Source: a virus. From it: DNA of 64,000 bases. The translations under genes were made by a program, and so were the position numbers. Positions 44,591 to 53,258 of this stretch are shown piece by piece (position 1 is the first letter of the stretch; each line of letters opens with the position of its first letter). Where the stretch lies: IMG/VR virus record IMGVR_UViG_3300044492_000179; one strand, 5' to 3'. The notes under the pieces are model-generated. The model did not search any database and had not been told where the DNA came from. It saw only the letters and a program-made list of their open reading frames with translations.

Positions 44591-44969
44591 TGAGCAAGTG
44601 CTCCTGCTGGTTTGCGGACACGGCACGACCGCTCAGTTCATCCACGACCTTGCCGATGATGCTGGACGCCGAGCCATCCTGCTCGCGCGTGATGGCGTGC
44701 CGCAGGATGTCGAGCGGCACGTGGTGCTGGATGGCGATCGACAGCAGCACGGCGGCGTCGCGGGCGATCGCCTCCATGGAACTGCCGACGATGTCGGAAA
44801 ATTCGGTCGCCATCGGTGGCCACGCGCTGGCAATCAACAAACGGCGGCGCGCGTGCGGCAACCGGCGCTCAACGCTGTAAGCCTCGATCAGCCGGCGCTG
44901 CACCCAGGCGGCGGACCATTGGGGCGGCGCCAGGCCCTGGCTATCGATCGCAATGGTGCTCAGGCGCAT
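44577..44969 (-). pseudogene. Chimeric ORF: phage regulator-like N-terminus joined to TSCPD-like C-terminus
   Basis: WSAAWVQRRLIEAYSVERRLP...AWP followed abruptly by SSMEAIARDAAVLLSIAIQHHVPLDILRHAITR...SIIG. Confidence 0.5.
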
Positions 44970-45095
44970 GGGGTCTACTCCTCGATTTTCACGCTGGATC
45001 TGGTCGCCAACTCGGTAAATTCCTATTTTACCTGCGATGCTGTTGTGGCTATGGTACCGATCATTAGCCGTCGAAGACGGCGTCTGGAGCGCCTG

Positions 45096-45365
45096 ATGAC
45101 CACCGCCGACTCGCCCCCGCTGTTCGACCGGCTACGCTACGTCGATCGGCTCACCAACGCCGGCATTGCCGCCGATCAGGCGCGCGCGCACGCCGATGCG
45201 ATGGAGGATGCGCTGCGGTCGGGCGTCGCGACGAAGGCCGGTCTGAAGGCGCTGGAAACGGCGCTGCGCAGCGAAATGCTGGCCATGGAATATCGCCTGA
45301 CCGTGCGCGGCGGGCTGATGGCGGCAGCCGTCGTCGCAATCCTGGCAAGCCTGAAGTTCTTCTAG
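45096..45365 (+). CDS. Second DUF1640/CCDC90-like protein
   Basis: LFDRLRYVDRLTNAG...ARAHADA...VATK, ends ILASLKFF like 39083-39385. Confidence 0.8.
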   Translation: MTTADSPPLFDRLRYVDRLTNAGIAADQARAHADAMEDALRSGVATKAGLKALETALRSEMLAMEYRLTVRGGLMAAAVVAILASLKFF

Positions 45366-45379
45366 CATCTCAGTGCTCG

Positions 45380-45550
45380 TCATAGCCTCGGCTCCACGGG
45401 CGGGCATTGGCACAACCACGACATGAGCACGCAATACTGGCCGTGCGGCGTGCCCTCCAGCGCCGCGCTTGGGCACCAGCCGAGCCGCAGGTAGTCGTCG
45501 GCGCGGTGGTGAAGCACGAAGCGGTGCCAGCTGGTCATGGTGGTGATCAT
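45380..45550 (-). CDS. Small Cys/His-containing protein
   Basis: Hand translation MITTMTSWHRFVLHHRADDYLRLGWCP...SWLCQCPPVEPRL; RBS GGAGG. Confidence 0.5.
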   Translation of the reverse strand: MITTMTSWHRFVLHHRADDYLRLGWCPSAALEGTPHGQYCVLMSWLCQCPPVEPRL

Positions 45551-45980
45551 GTTTCCTCCCTTCGTAGTCGGGGTGCGCCGCTCTCCTGACGAGGCGGCGC
45601 ACCCCTATCGGGCCGGGCCGAATGGGGCCGCCCGGACCCGAATCTCATTCGCACACCTCCGGCATGCACTTCCCCTTCCCCGTACCCCTTCCCCTATAGG
45701 GGTAGGTATGGAACGGAACGGCTACCTGCAGACCGCTCCCAGCGTGGTCGCTGCAGGTGACCCCGTCCCCCTCAAAACGGATGAAAGTGTTGTTTGTCAT
45801 ATCGTTAGCCTCAATCGTTCCAATTCGGCGCTGTCGTTCCAAAATCCTGGAACGGGAGCGTGGTTGTATTTTTCGCGACCACAGTCGTTCCAAATGCCTG
45901 GAACGATTTTGCCTTTGATTTTGCTCACTTTTTTCACGATCGTTCCAAGAGATGCCGTTCCAGCGAAAAGCCCAACAAAA

Positions 45981-47621
45981 TCAATCGAGTGGCAAGCGGC
46001 CGCCGGCGAACCAATCCGCGGCGCACTCGGGGTGCAGCGCCACCGCCTTTTCCCCGGGTTCATTGAGCGCGATCTTGCGAACCTCGCCGGTTGAGCGGTG
46101 GCAGTGCTCGCAGGCCGTGCCGGCTTGGGTGGCGCCGGTGTCCTTGAACTTCTCTTTTTGCTGGCTGTTCTTCTGCGCCGGCACGGCCTGTTGAGCGACT
46201 TGGGTCTGGTTGGCCTGGCGCATGGCGATGGCTCGAGCGGCCGCCTTGCCCTTCTCGGTGAGTTCCCACTTGTCGCGGTTGCTGTCGGTAAATGCGGGCT
46301 TTGGTTTCTTGGCGAGCGCAGCGAGCATGCGCTGCACCTTCGACTTGTGCGGCTCGCCGCTGCCGAGCAGGAAGCCGCAGGCGCGCGCCAGGTCGGCGAC
46401 CGATTGACCGGAAAGCTTGAGCATCTCGGTCAGCAGTCGGTCCTCTTCGGTGCGCTGCTTGTACGCCTGCTTCTCCTCCTCGCTCTCAGTGATCGGCACG
46501 ACGCGCACCGTCGGCAGCAGGCGACCGTCGGCGTCGGCGAGCTTATCGGTGCGGATCGTTTCCAGTTCGAACGAGAGCGGCTCGAAGCCGGGCCCGCGCA
46601 TCTTGGTGTGATGCAGCACGATCATGTCGGTGGCTTTCCAGGCGGTTAAGTTGCCGTCTATCTCGGCGAGGAACGCGCCACCGCCGCGCGGCACCAATTG
46701 GCTCGGCTCCACCGCGTGCTTGATCGGATGACAGAGCACGAGCACGCACGGACCACCGGGCAAGGTTGTCAGCCGGCGCAGCACGCGCGCGTGCGCACCC
46801 ATCTGCGTGTTCGACAGCTCCTCGTTGCCGAGGAAGTAGGCGGCCGAGGTGTCGACCACGACGAGATCGATCGGTCCGGGCAGGCGCTCGATCTCGGCCT
46901 CGAGCTTTTCGAACATCTTGTCGATGTCGAACACGCCCGGGATAAACGAAATCCAATCCTGCAGTGGATCTCCAGGGCGCCGCGAGTCGGCGCCAATGAC
47001 GCGCATGCGCACGTCGTCAGGGTTCTCGCCGACGAAATAGACGACACGTCCCTTGCGCACGCGATGGCCGAGCAGCATCGCATTCGGCTCGGGCGACGAC
47101 ACCAGCTCGCAGATCAACAACGCGATCGCGGTCTTGGCATGGCCAGTGGCGCCGGTGATCGAATAGATAAACCGCCGTTGCAACATGCCTTCGATCAGGT
47201 AGCTCGGCGCGTGAAACCCTTTCACGAAGTCGGCTTTCGAATAAATGACAAAGGTGCTCTCGGTGCCTTTGCCGTTGGCCTGACCGTTCGGCTTCGGATC
47301 GGGCGCGTCAGGGCCAGGGTGATGATCATCATCCTCGATTGGATCCGGCACGACGTCGCGCTCGGATTGCTCGAAGGCAAACGCGATCGCGGCTTGTATG
47401 CCATCGACCTGGTGCTCGGCCGTGAAGCCGTGCGCCTCGGCCTTAGCCATCAGCCAGTCGACGGCATCGGCCTTGCTCAAACCCTTACGGGTATAGCCGG
47501 CAATCTCTTTTGCGGCCTGTTTGAAAACCCTCCAGCGCGCTTCGCCTGGCGGCACGGTCGTCAGTAGACTTGCCCACGAGTTTAGGCCTTCCGAAAAGCT
47601 TTGGTCTGTGAAGCCGCTCAT
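45981..47621 (-). CDS. AAA ATPase, RepA-like replicative helicase
   Basis: Walker A variant TGATGHAKT, VVYFVGEN, Walker B LVVVDT, HPIK, RGGGAF; C-terminal winged-helix-like part and CxxC...C. Confidence 0.8.
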   Translation of the reverse strand: MSGFTDQSFSEGLNSWASLLTTVPPGEARWRVFKQAAKEIAGYTRKGLSKADAVDWLMAKAEAHGFTAEHQVDGIQAAIAFAFEQSERDVVPDPIEDDDHHPGPDAPDPKPNGQANGKGTESTFVIYSKADFVKGFHAPSYLIEGMLQRRFIYSITGATGHAKTAIALLICELVSSPEPNAMLLGHRVRKGRVVYFVGENPDDVRMRVIGADSRRPGDPLQDWISFIPGVFDIDKMFEKLEAEIERLPGPIDLVVVDTSAAYFLGNEELSNTQMGAHARVLRRLTTLPGGPCVLVLCHPIKHAVEPSQLVPRGGGAFLAEIDGNLTAWKATDMIVLHHTKMRGPGFEPLSFELETIRTDKLADADGRLLPTVRVVPITESEEEKQAYKQRTEEDRLLTEMLKLSGQSVADLARACGFLLGSGEPHKSKVQRMLAALAKKPKPAFTDSNRDKWELTEKGKAAARAIAMRQANQTQVAQQAVPAQKNSQQKEKFKDTGATQAGTACEHCHRSTGEVRKIALNEPGEKAVALHPECAADWFAGGRLPLD

Positions 47622-47818
47622 TCATTCTCCAGGTCGAAGGGTTTGAGAATGATGGCCTCGACCGCTGGCGCACCGAGCTGCTCGACGAGCCCGCTGTCAC
47701 GCGCCCATTGCCGCAATGGCTCGATGGCCTGCACGAGCGTGAGCTCGCCATAGCCGCACAAGAACGCCCGCGCCTCGGCGCGCGCCTGCAGCACCAGGAT
47801 GGGCGCGACTTGGGTCAT
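47618..47818 (-). CDS. Hypothetical protein
   Basis: 66-aa coupled ORF, LQARAEARAFL. Confidence 0.6.
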   Translation of the reverse strand: MTQVAPILVLQARAEARAFLCGYGELTLVQAIEPLRQWARDSGLVEQLGAPAVEAIILKPFDLENE

Positions 47819-48006
47819 TCGGCGGCCTCTTCGAGTAGCGCATCCTCGTAGTCGCGCGCGATTGCTTCCATCGCCGCGATCTCATGCGCTGCCTTGCCGG
47901 CGCTCATCTTGTTTTGCTCGACGAAGCGCGGGTAAACATTCTTGCGCATCGCTAGCTCGCGCTTCGCGCACGCAAGCTTGTCGGCCGTGGTGATGATGTC
48001 GGTCAT
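47815..48006 (-). CDS. Hypothetical protein
   Basis: 63-aa coupled ORF, KLACAKRELAMRKNVYPR. Confidence 0.65.
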   Translation of the reverse strand: MTDIITTADKLACAKRELAMRKNVYPRFVEQNKMSAGKAAHEIAAMEAIARDYEDALLEEAAE

Positions 48007-48746
48007 GCTGCCGCCGTGGCCTGATATTTTTCGCGCGGCACATAGCTGTCGTCAGCATTAACAAAAGTGGGCGCGACCCAGATGAGCTTGATTTGCGCGT
48101 TGCCTTGTCCGAAATGTTGTTTTCGCGAGTGGCCTCTTCGTAAGTGCATTTTCACAATCCGATGGCTATCGGATTGAGATGCATGCCGCTCTCGCTCAAT
48201 TACTATTTTTGGGAGATTCAAGTAAGTGATGTGGCGGTAATGTTGGTGTTTTGATTTCCCGATTCCCAATTTAGCGCGCTTGTTTTCGGTGACTTTTTTA
48301 TCGACATTGGATGTCGCCAGAGCAATGATCAAAACAATCGCTGCGACATCGCAGTGGGCCCGTGCTTCAGCCTCGCGTTCCGAATGATCTGTCGATGGAC
48401 ATAAATCAAAGCTTGTATTGTAAAAAACATTCCCCAGTGCGAAATTTGGTGTCTTTAGACCCTCTTGGAATAGTCCCCGATAGCTTTCCAATTCATGCGT
48501 GAGATGAAGATTTTTTATTAGTAGTTTGTCGCCGCCAGTTTGAGAGTCTGTAAACTTCACGTCGACGACATCATATGGCAGCTTAAAAATGCCGAACGCC
48601 TTCATGTCATCAATGAGATCGCAAAGGACGTCTTTGTCACTGCCTAAGCATGTCTTTATAAGCCGGTCCGGCAGCACGAATAACTCGGAACTCGCTGCGC
48701 TTGGTGGCTCCGCAAGTATCGCTTCTTGACGCATCTCGCTGCTCAT
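48003..48746 (-). CDS. Hypothetical protein with HLRRGH motif, lower GC
   Basis: Ends MHLRRGHSRKQHFG...IWVAPTFVN; visibly more AT-rich than its neighbours. Confidence 0.65.
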   Translation of the reverse strand: MSSEMRQEAILAEPPSAASSELFVLPDRLIKTCLGSDKDVLCDLIDDMKAFGIFKLPYDVVDVKFTDSQTGGDKLLIKNLHLTHELESYRGLFQEGLKTPNFALGNVFYNTSFDLCPSTDHSEREAEARAHCDVAAIVLIIALATSNVDKKVTENKRAKLGIGKSKHQHYRHITYLNLPKIVIERERHASQSDSHRIVKMHLRRGHSRKQHFGQGNAQIKLIWVAPTFVNADDSYVPREKYQATAAA

Positions 48747-49201
48747 GCCGCCTTCCTCCATGCTTGCTTTCGTCGCCGCAGGTATCGCCGCGCAAGCCAA
48801 CTGCGACCGGCCGACGCGATCACCCAATCGGTCTCCTCCAGCAGGTCGTTGATCTGCTTGATGTGCTGGCTGACGCAGTTGCGGGTCTTGTTTCCGGCAT
48901 AGAGGTCATCGGTCAGCTCGCGCGCCGAAATGCCGACCTCGCCCGCCGCCTTGATGCGGTCGAGCAACCGCGCCTTGAGCGGCGAGAGCCGCACGCCCAG
49001 GCGCTCCACGCGAATGTGCTGGTGGCAGTGCGGGCATCGGGTCATCGGCGTTTGCGCTCCCGGCTGAGACCATCGTGGTGCGCACTCGGGACATTGGACG
49101 GCAACCGGCCTCCACTCCGCATCAGCCACCAAGTAGCCGCGCCCCTTACATCGGTCGCAGTGGAGCGCAATGTGCTGCTGACAGTGCGGGCATCGGGTCA
49201 T
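48743..49201 (-). CDS. Zinc-finger / winged-helix protein with duplicated start
   Basis: MTRCPHCQQHI and MTRCPHCHQHI; C-terminal VSQHIKQINDLL helix. Confidence 0.55.
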   Translation of the reverse strand: MTRCPHCQQHIALHCDRCKGRGYLVADAEWRPVAVQCPECAPRWSQPGAQTPMTRCPHCHQHIRVERLGVRLSPLKARLLDRIKAAGEVGISARELTDDLYAGNKTRNCVSQHIKQINDLLEETDWVIASAGRSWLARRYLRRRKQAWRKAA

Positions 49202-49599
49202 GGGCGTTGGCGCCCCCGCGCAGGCACGTAGCTAAGCCGATGGTGGTAGGGGCAATAGCTGGAGCCCCTGAGGTTGGGCTCCGCGCAGAAGCAGAAGTCC
49301 GCACCAGGCTCGTTGATCGGCCAGTGGCACTCGTCGCTCCGCAGCTCGATGATCTGCCTGCGCGCGTGCCCGACCACCCACGGCGGTTTCGGCCGCGGCG
49401 CTCGCGCAGGCGCAGGCTGCTGCGGCGTCGCACGCGGAACAAAACGCTTAAGCCCGAGGCGGTGCACCCTGCCGACCACGGCGTTGCGCGAGCAGCCGAT
49501 GGCCGCACCGATCTGGCTCATGGTGCAGCCCTCCTTGAACATCTTGCGCATCAGTGGGTCTGCCTCGGGGTGTTCTTGCCAGAACGAGCTGTTGGTCAT
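49198..49599 (-). CDS. gcrA: GcrA-like cell-cycle regulator
   Basis: GCTMSQIGAAIGCSRNAVVGRVHRLGL HTH plus ELRSDECHWPI...FCFC...YCPYH, the two GcrA-family blocks. Confidence 0.85.
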   Translation of the reverse strand: MTNSSFWQEHPEADPLMRKMFKEGCTMSQIGAAIGCSRNAVVGRVHRLGLKRFVPRATPQQPAPARAPRPKPPWVVGHARRQIIELRSDECHWPINEPGADFCFCAEPNLRGSSYCPYHHRLSYVPARGRQRP

Positions 49600-50123
49600 G
49601 ACGCAGCCCTCCGCAGAAACAGCGGCGACGTCTCCACGGCGATGCGGGGGTCAATGAGCGAGCACTGGTAGTGCCAAAGGCTCAACGCATCGGCAGCGTC
49701 AGTGTCGGCCGGGTTCCAGCCGAGCCGTCGACACTTCGCGACCGTCGCCTCTTTGATGGCCTTGCTCTTGAGCCGATAGAGGCTGCCGATGAAGTGGCGC
49801 CGGTGCTCGCTCGGCGTTGCCTCGGTCAGCGTGATGGCCGGCCGCTGTTCGAGCAGCTCCTCGACGATCGCCGCATAGCCGCACAACGCGCGCACCGTGC
49901 CGATCGTGTCGTGCGGCCGCAGGATCGGCGCCTCAAAGATCACGCGCGTCGCCGACGGCCGCTCGGCCAGCACCTTGACCAGCCAGGTGCGCAGCGCGCG
50001 GAAGCGCACGCCGAGCTGCTCGCCGTCGGCACACAGTTTGTGCGTGCCGTGCTCGGGCACCGGCGTGCCGACCGCGCCAAAAGCCCAGCCGGTGCGAAGG
50101 GCTAGATCTAGCGCGAGGATCAT
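49596..50123 (-). CDS. RuvC-like Holliday junction resolvase
   Basis: MILALDLALRTGWA, VIFEAP, HRRHFIG, DAADAL. Confidence 0.75.
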   Translation of the reverse strand: MILALDLALRTGWAFGAVGTPVPEHGTHKLCADGEQLGVRFRALRTWLVKVLAERPSATRVIFEAPILRPHDTIGTVRALCGYAAIVEELLEQRPAITLTEATPSEHRRHFIGSLYRLKSKAIKEATVAKCRRLGWNPADTDAADALSLWHYQCSLIDPRIAVETSPLFLRRAAS

Positions 50124-50174
50124 TCAAACCTCCGACGCCGATCTTGCTTGCTCGTCGCCCATGACGCTCACGCG

Positions 50175-50750
50175 TCACGCGTCCGGTTGCGTCATGTGGC
50201 GCGGTCTCAAGTCTTTGACGTTGTCGTCATCTGGCTTCACAGGCATCGGCTTGATGCCGGCCTTGACCATGGTGGCTTGGCCGGCGTGGTAGCCCTGCAT
50301 AAATCGGCGATATTGCTCGGTGTCGGGCGCGTAGTCGGTCTTGCACGGCGCGCCTGCGAGCCCGTCGCGCTTGCCCTCCTCCTCGGCCCGATCGACGGCG
50401 GGGGTGCGATCGTCGTCCTCCAGAAAGTTGGCTTGGGTGCCGAGCGCCTTGGCGTTCCAGCGCAGGATGCGCAGGGCGGTATCGATGCGTTCCCTAATCC
50501 TGGCCTCGCCCTCGGGCGTGCGTTGCGCGATCTGGGTGCGGAAATCACGGATGACGTGCTTGCCAAGCACCGACTTGGCCTCTTCCTCGACGATCTTGAC
50601 CGCTGCGCGGGCGGCCTCCCAGTTGGTGCAGTAGCTGAAAAACCGGGTGCGCTTATCATCCTCGCTCAGGCCGTTATGGCCTGCGGTAGCTGGATGCTCG
50701 GTCTGTGTTCCACTGCCGTTTTTGGTTCCGTCCTTCGCTGATCGTGCCAT
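50175..50750 (-). CDS. Hypothetical protein
   Basis: 191-aa ORF with RBS AGGAG; AEEEGKRDGLAG...FMQGYHAGQ. Confidence 0.65.
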   Translation of the reverse strand: MARSAKDGTKNGSGTQTEHPATAGHNGLSEDDKRTRFFSYCTNWEAARAAVKIVEEEAKSVLGKHVIRDFRTQIAQRTPEGEARIRERIDTALRILRWNAKALGTQANFLEDDDRTPAVDRAEEEGKRDGLAGAPCKTDYAPDTEQYRRFMQGYHAGQATMVKAGIKPMPVKPDDDNVKDLRPRHMTQPDA

Positions 50751-50854
50751 CGGTTATCTCCTATCAGCGAGCCACAGCGACGCGCATGCGCCGCCGATCG
50801 CGTCGCTAGGTCAGATTTTGCATATGCTTCAAGCGGGTAGTCGGAGCCGGCCTA

Positions 50855-51112
50855 TCAAGGGCTGGCGGGGGTATCGTGACCGTTCTTGCGTACCTTCGGG
50901 CGACGCCGATTGCGTCGCGATTTTGCGAGCTGATCCTGTTTCTGGATGAAGCGTTGCGCGATCTCAACCAGCCGCAGCGAAGGGGCGCGACCTCGCCGCA
51001 ACTGGAAGACAAAATTCGGGTCGTTGATCGCCTCACGCCCAAAATTCGTTGCGGGCATGCCGCTTCGCGTGAGGAACGCCTCAATCTGGTTGGCGAATTG
51101 ATCCACAGACAT
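50855..51112 (-). CDS. Cro-like regulator
   Basis: IEAFLTRSGMPATNFGREAINDPNFVFQLRRGRAPSL; divergent from the repressor-like gene. Confidence 0.75.
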   Translation of the reverse strand: MSVDQFANQIEAFLTRSGMPATNFGREAINDPNFVFQLRRGRAPSLRLVEIAQRFIQKQDQLAKSRRNRRRPKVRKNGHDTPASP

Positions 51113-51191
51113 GATCGGCATGGGTCCGATCCTATCCAACCTATTCCTATTTTGCAAATCCGTGGAAGAGAAGGCGACCTGGCGTGGACAA

Positions 51192-51213
51192 AAAATAGGA
51201 TATTTACTATTTT
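51192..51213. promoter_or_regulatory. Operator-like palindrome AAAATAG-N8-CTATTTT in the divergent cro/cI intergenic region
   Basis: Perfect 7-bp arms; extra CCTAT half-sites at 51131, 51140 and 51146. Confidence 0.7.
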
Positions 51214-51254
51214 CTGCTTGAATTTGGTTGCAGAGTCGGAGCAGGTTGAGTTTT

Positions 51255-51725
51255 ATGGATCATTCGCAAATGAACTCAGACGCGCCACAGTCAGTCAATC
51301 TAGACGACAAGGATGGTAATGCTGTCCGCGCCTTTGTCGTAGCTCAGTGCAAAGCCCCCGGCAGGAGCTTGGCCTGGCTGTCCAAGGAATGCGGCAAAAA
51401 TCACGCATATTTCCAACAGTTTGTAAGGCGTGGGACCCCGGTGCAACTGCCGGAAGATGTACGCCAGCAGGCCGCGCGCGCGTTGGGGTTGGCCGACGTA
51501 ACGATCGCGCTCACTGACGACCCGCGGCGCGCGGCGCGCGAGCCCCCCATCCGCAAGATCAAGTCGCGCCAGTCTACTGGCGAGCCGTACCTGATCTCGA
51601 TGACACAGGGGCGATTGCGCGGGGAATTCGACCTGGCCAACCGGGACGAGTGCGACGAATTGATCGAGGCACTGCGGTCTTGGCGACGGACGCCGCCGTT
51701 TGACGAGATAGGAATCTTACGATAA
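51255..51725 (+). CDS. CI-like repressor (N-terminal HTH, no S24 peptidase domain)
   Basis: SLAWLSKECGKNHAYFQQFVRRGTPVQLPEDVRQQAARALG matches the N-terminus of alphaproteobacterial phage repressors. Confidence 0.7.
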   Translation: MDHSQMNSDAPQSVNLDDKDGNAVRAFVVAQCKAPGRSLAWLSKECGKNHAYFQQFVRRGTPVQLPEDVRQQAARALGLADVTIALTDDPRRAAREPPIRKIKSRQSTGEPYLISMTQGRLRGEFDLANRDECDELIEALRSWRRTPPFDEIGILR

Positions 51726-51754
51726 GTAGGAGGGTCCCTACAGAGGGCCCGCCC

Positions 51755-52195
51755 GTGAAATTCGGCATCATCGATCCCACCAAGAAAACCACGACGACCG
51801 TCGAAGCGAAGGAGTTTGCTGACGCGCTTGTGCTCGCTGGCCTGAAGCGGGGCGAGGTCGATCACCACGACATTGTCGCGAGCGGACTCGGTATCGTGGT
51901 GTTCGAGTTCGGGCTATTCGCTCCCGCGCACCGACAAAGCTATTTCGCGATCGGCGGCCAGCTCTACGGCGGCAACGCTGTGCTGTACGCCTACGACGAG
52001 CTCGGCGTCTCGATCGACTTCAAGCGCGATGACTGGGCGGATGTGCTCAATGCCATCCTCTGGTTCGATTCCGCCGCCGACGTCGAGGCCGCGATCGCGA
52101 TGACCGTGGTCCAGCGCCCGCAGATCGCGGTCAACGGCGAAGTGGGCTGGCAATGGCCAGCGGCGGCACCGCCCGGCATGGGGGCGCGGTCATGA
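51755..52195 (+). CDS. Hypothetical protein
   Basis: 146-aa ORF in a coupled early operon. Confidence 0.65.
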   Translation: MKFGIIDPTKKTTTTVEAKEFADALVLAGLKRGEVDHHDIVASGLGIVVFEFGLFAPAHRQSYFAIGGQLYGGNAVLYAYDELGVSIDFKRDDWADVLNAILWFDSAADVEAAIAMTVVQRPQIAVNGEVGWQWPAAAPPGMGARS

Positions 52196-52437
52196 GCATG
52201 CCGCCCGCTGTCGCACCCGAAACAATCCATGACTGGTTCGACGAGCTGACCACCAGCACCGACTTCTTGCTTGGCGGCAGTGAATTGCAGCCGCCCGAGC
52301 GCGAGGAGGTGAAACGCCTCGTGCACATCCTCTTCGACATTGCTCAGAGCGTGGTGACCGACCTCAACCGCATTGCGGCGGCGCAGGAAGCGATCGCCAA
52401 GCTGTTGCTGCAAGCTGACCGGCGGGGCGGCGAATGA
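52192..52437 (+). CDS. Hypothetical protein
   Basis: ATGA overlaps at both ends. Confidence 0.6.
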   Translation: MSMPPAVAPETIHDWFDELTTSTDFLLGGSELQPPEREEVKRLVHILFDIAQSVVTDLNRIAAAQEAIAKLLLQADRRGGE

Positions 52438-53258
52438 CACCGCTGGCCTACGAGCTGCTGAAGGATTTGACCACGCCAGGTGCGTTCAAGTCGCTCGATC
52501 CACACGCGCGCGAAACACTCTGGTCGATCGTTAACGAGGCAAAATTTTTCGACGTTGTGAGCGCCCAGGAAATGATCCTCGACGTCGCGATTAAAACATA
52601 TGAGGCGTTCCGTAAGTACAGCGCGCTCGATCGCCGCCTTGCGTTCTTGCCGGCGACGGTCACTTGGATCGAATACTCCGTGTCTTCCGGCCGTGCGGCT
52701 TACGTCCTCGTCTCACCGGACCTTGAACGCACGACGATGGCTGCCGATGTCGTGATGATCGCTAAGGACGGCGATTGGTCTGCGTTGCGCATGACCGCGC
52801 AGCCGCTGCCGTTGATCAGCTCAGGGGGTGTGCCCGATGCTGAGGCCGAACAGAAGCGGTGGCAAAAGATTGGCAGCGAGAGACTGCCTCTCAATGTCCA
52901 CTTTGTCTGCTATGCCTCGCTCGCGCTCATCAACACGCCGCGCATCATTGGCCGGCGCCAGCACATGCCGCATGAGCGCGTCGAGCGCGAGAAGCTCAAG
53001 ACGCTCGGGCTGGTCGGTAAATTTCCGTTGCGCGCCTGGACCGAAATCATCCTGAAGGTCGCGCCCCCCGATAATCGCACGGGCGAACCCTCGACCGAGG
53101 GGCACTTGACCGGTGAGAAATGCCTGCACTTCGTGCGCACGTTCTTGCGCGTGCGCATGGGCCAGCTCGAATACGTTGAATCCCACTGGCGTGGCAATCC
53201 AGCACTCGGGATGAAGCGCAGCCGGTACCGGCTTCAGCCCGGAGAGGCGCAGCAATGA
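52434..53258 (+). CDS. Hypothetical protein
   Basis: 274 aa, ends CLHFVRTFLR...VESHWRGNP. Confidence 0.7.
   Translation: MTPLAYELLKDLTTPGAFKSLDPHARETLWSIVNEAKFFDVVSAQEMILDVAIKTYEAFRKYSALDRRLAFLPATVTWIEYSVSSGRAAYVLVSPDLERTTMAADVVMIAKDGDWSALRMTAQPLPLISSGGVPDAEAEQKRWQKIGSERLPLNVHFVCYASLALINTPRIIGRRQHMPHERVEREKLKTLGLVGKFPLRAWTEIILKVAPPDNRTGEPSTEGHLTGEKCLHFVRTFLRVRMGQLEYVESHWRGNPALGMKRSRYRLQPGEAQQ

Noticed and set aside
45981-47621. Inactive ATPase because Walker A reads GATGHAKT
   Set aside because: The Lys-Thr and Walker B are retained; a G-to-A change at this position is not enough to call loss of function.
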